A DNA stretch of 61,513 bases, the filler included, from Globobulimina sp. (taxonomy: Eukaryota): NCBI GenBank assembly GCA_003354225.1. It is 23 parts of 23 records of this genome, joined end to end, with 100 filler letters (N's around TTAATTAATTAA, not from the genome) between each part and the next. Parts side by side here need not be neighbours in the genome. Positions count along the whole stretch, not along the records: positions 10,725 to 13,305 come from PIVH01005880.1; positions 13,406 to 15,986 come from PIVH01005881.1; positions 16,087 to 18,666 come from PIVH01005882.1; positions 18,767 to 21,346 come from PIVH01005883.1; positions 21,447 to 24,026 come from PIVH01005884.1; 18 more parts are not named here. The stretch is one strand, 5' to 3'. Position 1 is the stretch's first letter. Each line of letters starts with the position of its first letter. Below, piece after piece: positions 10,725-21,448 of the stretch. The notes beneath the pieces were generated by a model that had not been told where the DNA came from, searched no databases, and saw nothing but the letters and a program-made list of their open reading frames with translations. Position numbers and translations under genes: made by a program.

Positions 10725-12176
10725 TTCTTCGAGGACCAAGTTAGCGGACAAAGAGGGGCATGGATTACAGGAGAAAGCATATCCAAATCGGAGATTATTA
10801 CAATGAAATTATACACAGACCACGATAAGTTACAATTTGCACTCAAAAAATGCTTCAGATTCGAAACCTTTGATGATATTTTTAAAACCGTTCAAGTGGA
10901 CGACGGTGAATCCAAAGAGCAGAAAAACAACGACTATCGGCGCAACAAAGTAGAGCTAAGACGCAGATTGGAAACATTTTATCATTGGAGAGGAGCTTTG
11001 TTAATTGCACTGAATAAATTTGGCAAGAAACTGAATGGCAAAAATAATATGATATTATACCATGGCATCAATGCAAAAATGATAATAAAAGCCTCACAAA
11101 CTTTTGCGTTCAGCGGTCCTCTGTCGACAACATCGTCGTATCACGTGGCCAGAACCTTTGCCACTGCAAAAGGAATGATATTGCAAATAAGTTCGCAATT
11201 TCCGCGCTTAAATTATTGCAATGCCTTCGATGTGAGTCTGATCAGTGACTATCCAGAAGAGCAGGAGTGGTTAGTTGGATTTATGTATGTTCGATTGCTA
11301 AAGATATATACTCGCAAATTGACGGATAATGTTCAGGATTTTGAGGATTTAATGCTGCGAATTCCCACATCGTCCTGGCTGAGACAACAATTTTTTGCCA
11401 TTCATTTGTTGAATGAACAGATATTTTCAATGAGCGAGGAGTTGGAAAGAATATTGGCTCAGTTTTTGAAAGTAAATCGGTTTGAATGTTGTGGTGAGAA
11501 TAAAAGGGAAGTTTACAGTGAACAGCACACTTTTTATCATGACTGGGATCTGAAATATATTTGTAATCAGCTTTGTAAATTTGCGCATCCATTAATGAAT
11601 AGCAATAAATGTGTAATTGGCGCAAAATGCAATGCGATGTCGAGGGAGAAAAGAATTGCGGCAGTTTTATGGAGAAAGTTTGATGAATTTAGAAAATATC
11701 CAAATTTGAAGCAACGTGTTAAGTTTGATAAGATTTCAAATCATTTGAAGAGGTTTTTTATGCAACGAGTGGAAGAAAAGGATATTTTTACAAATACTAA
11801 ATTGTGGACAATATCATTTGAAGAGATTGCCAGCGTTTATCCAAATATTCGAGAAATACATTTTATGAATGAATACAAGTTCGATGACGGCGTTTTACAT
11901 AATTTAATAAAACACATTGGAAAGAACAAAAGAAATGGAATTCAAAAGGTTGTATTTTTATATTTTAATTATGATAAAGTGGTTGAAGGGAATGGTTTTA
12001 ATATGCCAGCAAATCACCGCATATTTAAGGACCCAAATACATTGAACAAGACATTAATGGATAAGCTCGAAGCATTGCAATGGAGAGTGAAACATAAAAA
12101 AAATGGTCAGACTGGATATAAAATAAGAATATATGACACAAATATATACCACAGCACAACACACACATTTAACTAA
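10725..12176 (+). CDS. ADP-ribosyltransferase-fold (R-S-E clade-like) protein, 5'-truncated
   Basis: ILYHGI (His at the usual Arg position), GPLSTTSSYHVARTFA and DVSLISDYPEEQEWL (E-x-E) appear in canonical order. Confidence 0.75.
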   Translation, partial: FFEDQVSGQRGAWITGESISKSEIITMKLYTDHDKLQFALKKCFRFETFDDIFKTVQVDDGESKEQKNNDYRRNKVELRRRLETFYHWRGALLIALNKFGKKLNGKNNMILYHGINAKMIIKASQTFAFSGPLSTTSSYHVARTFATAKGMILQISSQFPRLNYCNAFDVSLISDYPEEQEWLVGFMYVRLLKIYTRKLTDNVQDFEDLMLRIPTSSWLRQQFFAIHLLNEQIFSMSEELERILAQFLKVNRFECCGENKREVYSEQHTFYHDWDLKYICNQLCKFAHPLMNSNKCVIGAKCNAMSREKRIAAVLWRKFDEFRKYPNLKQRVKFDKISNHLKRFFMQRVEEKDIFTNTKLWTISFEEIASVYPNIREIHFMNEYKFDDGVLHNLIKHIGKNKRNGIQKVVFLYFNYDKVVEGNGFNMPANHRIFKDPNTLNKTLMDKLEALQWRVKHKKNGQTGYKIRIYDTNIYHSTTHTFN

Positions 12177-12180
12177 TTAA

Positions 12181-13056
12181 TCATTGTATGCATCCATAGC
12201 TTGTTTCTTGCAATACATAAATCTGTTTGTTTTGGACATGTTGCATATGCAGCAAATAAAACTGATGAAACAGCACACGGAATAATTGCCAGAATCCCCT
12301 ATTGAATTTATCTTCTTTTGCTTGTTTACAATGAGTTTCCTTTCCATATTTACGATAAAACAGTTCTAACATAAATCCAATGCATAGCACAGAGCCAGTA
12401 AACACAATCCGTGACAACAATGTATACATTTTCACCATAGTTTCGACATCGTCTCTGCCCCCAAAGCTGTACAAATAAATATAATGCAACAAATAGAAAT
12501 AACTAAATCTCCGAACAGCTTCATTTGCGCAAAAATACAAAGGCTCCGCTGGATAGCTATCAAAAGGAAGTAATTGTGGGCCTCGTTGATATGACGCAGT
12601 ATGTAATAAAGCAAAGGATAGACTCGTTTCCATTTCAAATAACAAATCATCCGCATCCAAACCCCAATCGACATCGTTTATTTTATTTATCAATTCTTGA
12701 CAATTTAATTTCGATTTAAATGAATTATAAATTATATGTTTGAGCAATTTAAATTTCGCAGTGTTCGTAGTCTTTGTAGTATTGCTTTCCTTTAAAAGTA
12801 TATCATTTATATTGATAGTCCATGATTTGCAAACTAATGATACGTTGCAAACATAATCCACAATGTCTAGAAACGTAAACAAATGCATAACAACATCTGT
12901 TGGTATATTTTGTAAATTGCTTTGTTGTAATCCACATTGCAAAGACGCACAGGACGCTGCAGCTGCGGTTATTGACTTTGTTCTACATTCTCCTCATTCG
13001 AGACACGCCCACATCGCCAGGAGCCATATGTTGCGCTGATCACCTTCAGTTGACAT
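12181..13056 (-). CDS. F-box protein with an in-frame TGA at 12996-12994 (pseudogene or recoded)
   Basis: LQNIPTDVVMHLFTFLDIVDYVCNVSLVCKSW is an F-box. The only in-frame ATGs before it (13056, 13014) lie upstream of the TGA. Confidence 0.65.
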
Positions 13057-13116
13057 TATCTTTCGTTTTCTTAGCTTCAAAATTGTGACATTTTAACTAA
13101 TTCCTAGGAACATTGA

Positions 13117-13305
13117 ATGGCAGCTCAAGCAAAAACATTAATGGAAAGAGAATTATTGTCATTATTAAAAGTCGAGAATAAAGGATGGAATATGGCATTA
13201 TTTAGTGACGCAAATAAAATGTCAGTCTGTTTATGTGCAAGTTGCGGTTTTGTATGTTGTGATGCAGTCGAATTAGATTGTGATCATAAAGAAGATGAAG
13301 ATATA
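13117..13305 (+). CDS. RING/TRAF-type zinc-finger protein, N-terminus (3'-truncated)
   Basis: CLCASCGFVCCDAVELDCDH resembles the first half of a C3HC4 RING. Confidence 0.55.
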
Positions 13306-13405
13306 NNNNNNNNNNNNNNNNNNNNNNNNNNNNNNNNNNNNNNNNNNNNTTAATTAATTAANNNNNNNNNNNNNNNNNNNNNNNNNNNNNNNNNNNNNNN
13401 NNNNN

Positions 13406-14546
13406 TATTTGGGTCTGTTTCAATAACGGCGCCACAGGTGCTTCAGTTGTTGCTTGAGGAACACCCAATTCTTCCAATTCTTTTTTACTACTTTCCACTT
13501 TTTGCAATAACTTATTATTTTGTACTGTCAATATATCGATTTGTTTTTGTGTTCCAGTTTGAATTTGTTTGGATACAATGTCCAATTTTGTTGCTAAAAT
13601 CTTGCCAAATTCATTTGATATATCATCATAAATTTGATCCCATCCATTAAAATTGCAATTATTTTGCAATGCATTCATATCATTTGATGTAAATTTACTG
13701 ATTATCTGTACATATATACAGTGTAATAATTAAATATATGTTATGCTGTGTATGAACCACAGAACTGGCACAGAACAGTTAACATACATTTATTAAACGC
13801 CGTGGAGCCATCAAATATTTACGTTTTTTCAATCTCAATGCATTGTTAATCAATTGCGGTCCATCAGATTTCGCACCATTTTCACCAAAAGAACATGTAA
13901 TCTCTGTAATCAATGCAGGTTTGTTGTGTCTGATGGCAATGAATACATTCCCATCCTTCCAATCAGCGATTCTATCAATATGTTCTTGCTCATTGTCTGG
14001 TATTTTTCCCATAGAATGGCGCTTCTCAGATCCAAGTGTGATATTTCTCACATTAGTCATAATAGGATGCTCTGTGTTATATACTTGACCCAAAGTACTA
14101 TCAATTGTTTGATTGGAAACACGTGTGGTTGCGTTATATTTACCTGACATAAATCTACCTTTTGGATGTTGAAAACTTAAAGTATTGGAAAACAATAAAA
14201 TAACCACATTTTTGCCATTATCAACGGCATTTGCCACCAAATTACCGAGAACCTCCTCGTTAACACTGCTCCAAATTGATAATAATATTGTATCAAATTC
14301 ATTAAATACATCTTTTGAAAGATTTGCACGATCTTTTACAGTGTGTAATGTATAATTTTCATTTGTTATTTGTAATGCTGTGTTCAAGTATTTATCCGTA
14401 GGACTATAGCCATCATGATTACTGACATGTATTATCTTAAAATGTTTCTGCTCCAAATAATAACCATCACCTTTTGTGAATGATACTGCAACAAAATCAT
14501 TATCTGTTGGGACCCCTTTCTCGTCGCCTTTCTCGTCGTCTGCCAT
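13406..14546 (-). CDS. Hypothetical protein (alpha/beta domain plus coiled coil), one intron, 3'-truncated
   Basis: ATG at 14546. An 82-nt GTATGT..TACAG intron (13787-13706) joins the two listed ORFs in frame (RRLIN|IISKFTSNDMNALQ). Confidence 0.75.
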
Positions 14547-14602
14547 GTTTGTATTTGACACTTGTTTTGTAATTTGTATTATTTTTCAATTTTATAGTTA
14601 GA

Positions 14603-15986
14603 ATGGCCACAAGAAACGGGATATTAACATTATGTGTCGGAAATTGTGGCATATTTACCGGAGATCTTAAAAACAGTCAAGATTCATTATTGCTGAATAA
14701 AATCCATACATATTTTGTAAATGATAGTAAAATTAACAGATATATTCCACGTGCAATATTTATTGATATTGATGCGAGCCCAATAAATAAAATCGCCGCA
14801 TCAAGTTTAGGATCGTTGCTATCCACTGACAATATGCTAAGCAGCGGATACAATGAGCCAACGGTGGTATTTCCCAGAGCTTATAACAACGGATCAGATC
14901 TAATGGAGAATATTTTGGATAAAATGAGAAAACAAGTTGAGATTTGCGATTGTTTCCAAGGCATAAATATGATGCACTGCATTGGTGGCGGCACAGGCTC
15001 TGGTTTGGCTGCATTGATATTATCGGAAATAAGCAATAATTATCCCAGAAAATATAGTTTTACCCATACTGTGATGCCGTGCATAGCTCCTTATTGGAGA
15101 ACAGGTGCTGTCCACGGCTCACATAACAATAATATTGAAATATATAACACTGTCTTGGCCCTCAATGAGTTGATAGAGAGCACACAAATGAACTTTGTCA
15201 TCGATAATCCAAAGTTATTATGGGCCGCAACAACAAAATGCAACCAAAAAAATGCAGATTATAATGATATGAATTGGATAATGTCTTTGGCGCTGAGGTA
15301 ATATGGAAACATTATATGTATTAAAATGTGATCATGAAATAATTGTGAATGCAAATAATTTTATGAGAGATATATGAGTTTGTGTCAATTATTTCATATT
15401 TGCATACTGTTTGAAGTGGCGTGACATCCCCGTTTCGACTGAATTGTGAACCGAATTTATGTTCAAATCTCAAGAAAATGGATCAATATTTTCGACTCTT
15501 TCCACGATTACATTTTGTGTCAATATGTCAATCACCTTTCTTTGCAAAAAGAAATTGTAAATATAACGATCATAATATTGAAATTGTGAGTGAATGTTTT
15601 GAGAATCAGTTATCTCGAAATAAAGTGGAGGATGGCAAATTATTTGCAACTGCCACATTTTACAGAAGCAATGATGTGAATGGTTTGGATGAAATGAATA
15701 AATTTATGGCTTTGATTAATAAGCGGTGGGCGGACGATTTCGTGGCTTGGATTCCTCAAAATGTTACATCCGGTTTTGTCAATGATGGAGGATTCGAATG
15801 CTACAAAGATAAAACAACATTGATGGCGACAACCATAATGAATACGACTGCGATGAAAGGAACATTTCAAATCGTGTCTGCTTGTTTTGCCAAAGCATTT
15901 AAACGGAAATCTTATTTCCATTGTTATAAAAGAGAAGGAACAGAACAAGAAGACTTTCAAATTGCTGATAAAAATATACGTGATTT
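14603..15986 (+). CDS. Highly divergent beta-tubulin (foraminiferan beta2-like), 3'-truncated
   Basis: YIPRAIFID, HCIGGGTGSG, FPRLHF, ADDFVAWIP and FKRKSYFHCYKREG..EDFQIADKNIRD. A 119-nt intron (15298-15416) restores LALS|GVTSPFR. Confidence 0.88.
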
Positions 15987-16421
15987 NNNNNNNNNNNNNN
16001 NNNNNNNNNNNNNNNNNNNNNNNNNNNNNNTTAATTAATTAANNNNNNNNNNNNNNNNNNNNNNNNNNNNNNNNNNNNNNNNNNNNCGCAAAGTTCTAAA
16101 ATCCTGGAATTCCTAAAAAACGACAATGATTATGAAAAGAAACTGAGCGACAATGATTTTGACAATTAGTATAATTAACATAAGAAACAAAATATAAACT
16201 TGTGATCGACTTTCCCAAAAAGTGGAAATTTCCCAATTTATAACTTTGTCAATTCGAAGAATTGAAGTCTTTCCTTTTAGGATCTATCTGATTCATACAA
16301 TACGCACACAATGCAACAACACAAAAAGCAAGCAAAATGACGAAAGAGTTAGTGTGGTGATCCCTATTTTCCACCGGTTAAGCGCACTGTTTTAATTGTT
16401 GCACCTGTCATATATATGTAA

Positions 16422-17393
16422 ATGAACAATTCAGAAATCGACATTGCCAACACAGTATTATTAACATTGGGTGCCGTTGTAGAATTAGTTTTTTTTCTCT
16501 GGCTATGTATGGTTTATTGTGGTTGTAGTATACGTAAATATGATGCCAAAGATTCTCCTCAATCTCCTCAATCAGCAACAGAACGAGAAATGCAAAGCAA
16601 AGGAACAGCAATAAGCGACTCCAAAGTTCAGATTGATTCAGCAAGTGATCATGAAGAAGATATTTACAATCATACAAAATCAAATATGCATAAAATTCCG
16701 TTAGCATTCAAAATTTGGACGTTATTATCATTATTTTTCGGATCAGTTACAATACTTTTTGTTTGTTGCAATCATTTACTGCGAATATTGCATATTTATG
16801 AAGGTTCGTGTTTGAGTCACAATGTGCCTGTCATTGCCTTCTTATTTCAAAGACTAACATTGTACACATATTTTATAATTCGAATAGAAATTACCTTTAA
16901 AGGTTCTGCGTACAGTTTAAATAAAAGAAAATTAAATATGTTCAAAATAATAATTTATGTGAATGGCGTATTAATGAATATATTTTATTTTATTTTTATT
17001 AAAATGAATCAATGTACAGCGACTAGTTTGATTATTGGGTTTATCCCGGCCGGCATTAATGATACGTTTGTGTCCATTTCAACTATGATATTATTTACAA
17101 GTCGCTTGAAGAAGTTGATACGAATGAATTCCAACAAAGATGACTCAGTCAGTAATGAAAAATTAAAATATATTGTCACAAAATTAACAATTTTAGTTTT
17201 TGTAAGCGTATTTTCAACTATTTTTTTGATGGCGTTGTTTGTCATTGTACCGGTAACTGGAATTCTGGCGATTGATATTGTTATAAATTCCTTATGTTTA
17301 TTATTGTCTTATGTGTATTTTTCAAAATATTACGACATATTATGCTGTTTTTGCCGTCGAATATGTGGAGATATGCGGGGGACAACGAAATGA
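16422..17393 (+). CDS. Seven-transmembrane (GPCR-like) protein
   Basis: 323 aa with about seven hydrophobic segments, a long first loop and a Cys-rich C-tail (LCCFC); no intron. Confidence 0.7.
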   Translation: MNNSEIDIANTVLLTLGAVVELVFFLWLCMVYCGCSIRKYDAKDSPQSPQSATEREMQSKGTAISDSKVQIDSASDHEEDIYNHTKSNMHKIPLAFKIWTLLSLFFGSVTILFVCCNHLLRILHIYEGSCLSHNVPVIAFLFQRLTLYTYFIIRIEITFKGSAYSLNKRKLNMFKIIIYVNGVLMNIFYFIFIKMNQCTATSLIIGFIPAGINDTFVSISTMILFTSRLKKLIRMNSNKDDSVSNEKLKYIVTKLTILVFVSVFSTIFLMALFVIVPVTGILAIDIVINSLCLLLSYVYFSKYYDILCCFCRRICGDMRGTTK

Positions 17394-17944
17394 ATTATAA
17401 TCCTAAAAATAATATAAATAAATAAATAAATACATTTAATTGTATAAATATGCTTCTTTGTCCTAAGACTGTCATTATGCACTCAATTTGTACATGAAAT
17501 GTTGTAGAATTTTCGATAATAGTTTATTTTTGTTTGTTTTTTTGTGTTTTGTTTCTGCCTTTTTGTCGTTATAATATGTGATTGATACACAAATTTACAC
17601 GGATTTGTATGCGAATATTGCTTTGTGAGAATATTCAAAGAGGGGGAATTTTCCTTTCAATAACAAAATTCGCAAAGAACCTGATCACTTTTTTCACTTT
17701 TTGTGTAGGCTTTTAAATCGCAATTACTACTCCTCTAAAGTCTATGGGTCGATAAACTATACTTGGATATGTCCTATCTTGTGTACAGAGCCATCATCTT
17801 CCATGGTCAATAGTGCTAAATGTTTGAAGAAAATGGTTCATTTCTTTTCTGACATGCGAAACGTTTTTAAATTAAACAATAATCAAACTAAAGTGACTCC
17901 ATAGTATTAATATATGGACATGTTACCAAGTAAGATGAAAGCAG

Positions 17945-18666
17945 TTAATCTGGACATAGTGTAGGAGTTAGTAACTGTGATTCCGTGTCTTTACAATATT
18001 TGCACCATGATGTTGCAACCTGATCTGCAGATATTCTAAAAGTATCCAGATAGATTGTATCATAATCACTATTTAATTCAAATGATATTCTTAAATGTTG
18101 TATGTCATTACATTGTTTCGGTAAACGTAAGAAAATTCTTTCATCAATAAACTCATTCATGCTTTCACCATAAAAAGATTTTAATTTGTTCCATTTTAAT
18201 GTACTATCACATGCATATCGTATATGGAAACTTCCTGTTAACGTTTCTGACATTATTAGATGGCGTAATCCAATTAACTGAAACTGATGAATTCATATAT
18301 CATGAAATGATGGTACATACCGCAATGTTTACACATTTAAATCCAACAAAGATTTTAGTAATCGGTGGTGGCGATGGCGGCGTCATTCGAGAACTATGTA
18401 AACATGAATGTGTTGAATCTATTGATTGGTGCGAGATCGATGAAAAAGTAATTGAATACTCAGCTAAATAAATTACATTCAATATAAATTTGTGAAGAAC
18501 CAGATACATTAAAATCCATTAGAATGAGTAATGCAAAACCATGCAACTTAACACATGATTTGGTACCAACGCAATTAGAGCTATTATCTGTTTCAACATC
18601 ACCATAAGCCGTCCAATAACCAGAAGCAGTGTGGTTAGTTAGAAAATCAGTGTATGGCAATGGTTC
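17945..18666 (-). pseudogene. Hypothetical ORF interrupted by a 212-bp antisense insert
   Basis: Removing 18257-18468 joins YIECNL to [16 protein letters not shown] in frame. Confidence 0.55.
18257..18471 (+). pseudogene. Spermidine synthase internal fragment
   Basis: [52 protein letters not shown] are aminopropyltransferase motifs. The N- and C-terminal parts are absent. Confidence 0.9.
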
Positions 18667-18966
18667 NNNNNNNNNNNNNNNNNNNNNNNNNNNNNNNNNN
18701 NNNNNNNNNNTTAATTAATTAANNNNNNNNNNNNNNNNNNNNNNNNNNNNNNNNNNNNNNNNNNNNATCTCCAATGTGTGATCCCATGAATGCATGTTTG
18801 TGTATGTTGATTTAAATTTGGAATGAGCAACGTTTCTGTTCCTATTTATTTGTTGTCGGAGCGTTTCTGTTCCTATGAGCAACGTTTCTGCAAGCCATGA
18901 ACAAAATCACTTATTTAAGCAGTTTTTAAAAATTTTAAATTTAAATTTTTTTTTATACCAAACATC

Positions 18967-20319
18967 ATGTCAACAGTGTCGTTCTATCTGTTTATAATGG
19001 TCTTATCATGTTGTAATTTGTCCTCTGATGCAGTTTGCTGTTTTGGTAAAAGAAAGAAGAAGAGGAATAAGGTTGCACCATTAGCTGATAGACGACAAAT
19101 AAAAACTCCTTCCTTTATGGATTTATTTTATGATGATCCCCAAATTAACGCAACACAATTGCAAATAAATTATGATTCAATGAATCATCCAATTCCAATC
19201 ACAAATCCACTCCATGCAAAAGCACAAACAAAAGCAATGTTTACTGATTTCAAGGTCAACAGACAAACATTACCATTTCTGATAACTGCCATGGCCTTCG
19301 ACATTTCAACATTACTAAATTTTGTTGGATTTTATTTATCATTGCAAAATTCAAGTATTTTGCATGCATTTCAATTGCAATCCTTAGTCGATTATTTCTG
19401 TCGATTTAAAAATGGCACCAAAGGCGTTGACATGCGATACATAGTAAATAATTATGAAGAGATGCGGCATTATGCAGTTGGTTTATGGCATAATCAAGAT
19501 TTTAATGCTAATTATAAATCGCATGCAATAACCACAAATAAGCCATTTTTGACAAACTATTGGGAAATATCAAATAAGTGGTTATCGCACAATGATACGT
19601 TATTGCAATTTGTAGGCAGTAATGTAAAGAGTCAGACGAATGTAATTAAAACGATGTCATGGCTGGCTTTGCCTATTTTAATGGATAGATTTCAAGAATT
19701 AATAACGTGCAATGATGTGTCTATTGATATGCACGCATTCAATGACATGTTTTTTATTTTAAATTTAAGAAACACACACCGTATTTTGTTGAATTCATAT
19801 TTCCAAAATGATTTTACAAGCATTGAGATTGCGATAAACCCAGAATTTATGTTGAAAATAGTGAGAGGTAGTTATGTTGTGGCAAAAGTAGCAGTTGGAA
19901 ACATAAAGATATTCGCATTCAATGTATTACTATTTTTAAAAAGAGAAAAATTATATTTGATGAATAAGCATTTGGATGTTGAGAATTTTGGTGTTAAATT
20001 TTATTCTCAATCAAAAGATGAAGGATTTAGTATTGAAATACAATTCGATACACAAATGTTTTCAAAAAAACGCTATCAAGCATTGGATACTTTTTTTCGA
20101 GGTTTAGTTGACATGGATAATTTATCAAAACTAAGATTCAAAGATATCGATAGCAGCAAGCATGGGATAACATTGTTATATATTCTATTGAATTTTAGTT
20201 CAGTTGGTGGTCGCTGTGGTTTTAGATTTCAAGAACAAAAAAATATTAATCGATCATTTGTTAGTGCAATATTTTGCCAATGGACTGCATATGAATACGA
20301 TGATGATGACAGCGCATAG
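18967..20319 (+). CDS. Hypothetical protein with N-terminal signal peptide-like segment
   Basis: Complete 450-codon ORF; hydrophobic N-terminus followed by CCFGKRKKKR. Confidence 0.7.
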   Translation: MSTVSFYLFIMVLSCCNLSSDAVCCFGKRKKKRNKVAPLADRRQIKTPSFMDLFYDDPQINATQLQINYDSMNHPIPITNPLHAKAQTKAMFTDFKVNRQTLPFLITAMAFDISTLLNFVGFYLSLQNSSILHAFQLQSLVDYFCRFKNGTKGVDMRYIVNNYEEMRHYAVGLWHNQDFNANYKSHAITTNKPFLTNYWEISNKWLSHNDTLLQFVGSNVKSQTNVIKTMSWLALPILMDRFQELITCNDVSIDMHAFNDMFFILNLRNTHRILLNSYFQNDFTSIEIAINPEFMLKIVRGSYVVAKVAVGNIKIFAFNVLLFLKREKLYLMNKHLDVENFGVKFYSQSKDEGFSIEIQFDTQMFSKKRYQALDTFFRGLVDMDNLSKLRFKDIDSSKHGITLLYILLNFSSVGGRCGFRFQEQKNINRSFVSAIFCQWTAYEYDDDDSA

Positions 20320-20567
20320 ATGATTTTAAAAAACTGTGTTGTGTGATGTTGTGTAAATTATAGACTATGTATCGTCTAATTAGTTTTGTTTTTAATGATT
20401 TGCTATTAATATCTAAATTATGCATTACAACATGAACATCGCGAGCCATATCAACAGATTGTCTTGAGGTTCGTAATGGTGTTGAACACATTTTAAATTG
20501 ATTCTTAAAGTTTTGAAGAAAGCTACAATTAGACACAAAAAATGTAAAGTGAAAACCTTCGTGCATC

Positions 20568-21346
20568 ATGTCAACAATACCGAAAAAAAAGAAAAAAAAG
20601 GTTGTCAAACGTGTCATCAAAAAAAAAAAGGTAATCAAAAAACAACAAATATCAAACGGCTACAGTCCCAAACCCAACTATGGACATACAAAAATAAGCC
20701 CATTTCCAACAACAACACAACAACATCGGACACGTACACCATCGATACAAGATGCTATCACCCGATTTACCCAAATCATTGAAGATCAAACCAAATTCAT
20801 TGAGAAATTAAAACAAGAAAATCAAAAATTAAAAAACGAAGTTGAAGAATTAAAAAATAGACCCCCTGAAAAAATATACATCAGAAAATCCATCACAAAC
20901 AACGACATACAACGAATAAAAACACCTCCTCCACCCCGAGCATTGCCTCATTTCTCCACTGGTATACAATATATATAACCTATTAATAATAACATGCGAT
21001 ATTGCGTCTATATAACCGTTTCTATACAGCAACAGCAACCAAATCCAATCCCAATCCCATCACAATAACACCGCACCACAATACCAATACCAACGGCGGC
21101 ATAGTAACCAATATCACCCAAAATGATGCCAAAAACGCACTGGCCGGTTTATTCGGTGCAGCCAAAGCAAAATCACAGCCAACCGCAGCAGACCAAGGTG
21201 GCGTAGTCACCAACATCACGCAAAAGGACGCCAAGAATGCGCTTGCCGGCTTATTTGCGGCCAAAAGACCCGGACTCACCAAGGCCAAATCCGCCATGAT
21301 TTTGCCCACAGCCAAGGACGATGAAAAGGGCATAAACCTCGACATC
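20568..21346 (+). CDS. Coiled-coil, proline-rich repeat protein (possible actin regulator), 3'-truncated
   Basis: A 68-nt intron (20962-21029) joins the ORFs in frame. Contains a coiled coil, PPPP, and two copies of GG(I/V)VTNITQ.DAKNALAGLF. Confidence 0.65.
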
Positions 21347-21448
21347 NNNNNNNNNNNNNNNNNNNNNNNNNNNNNNNNNNNNNNNNNNNNTTAATTAATT
21401 AANNNNNNNNNNNNNNNNNNNNNNNNNNNNNNNNNNNNNNNNNNNNCA

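Noticed and set aside
18823-18890. Three overlapping copies of cgtttctg(ttcctat) upstream of ORF 18967
   Set aside because: Consistent with slippage duplication; no evidence for a regulatory role from one locus.
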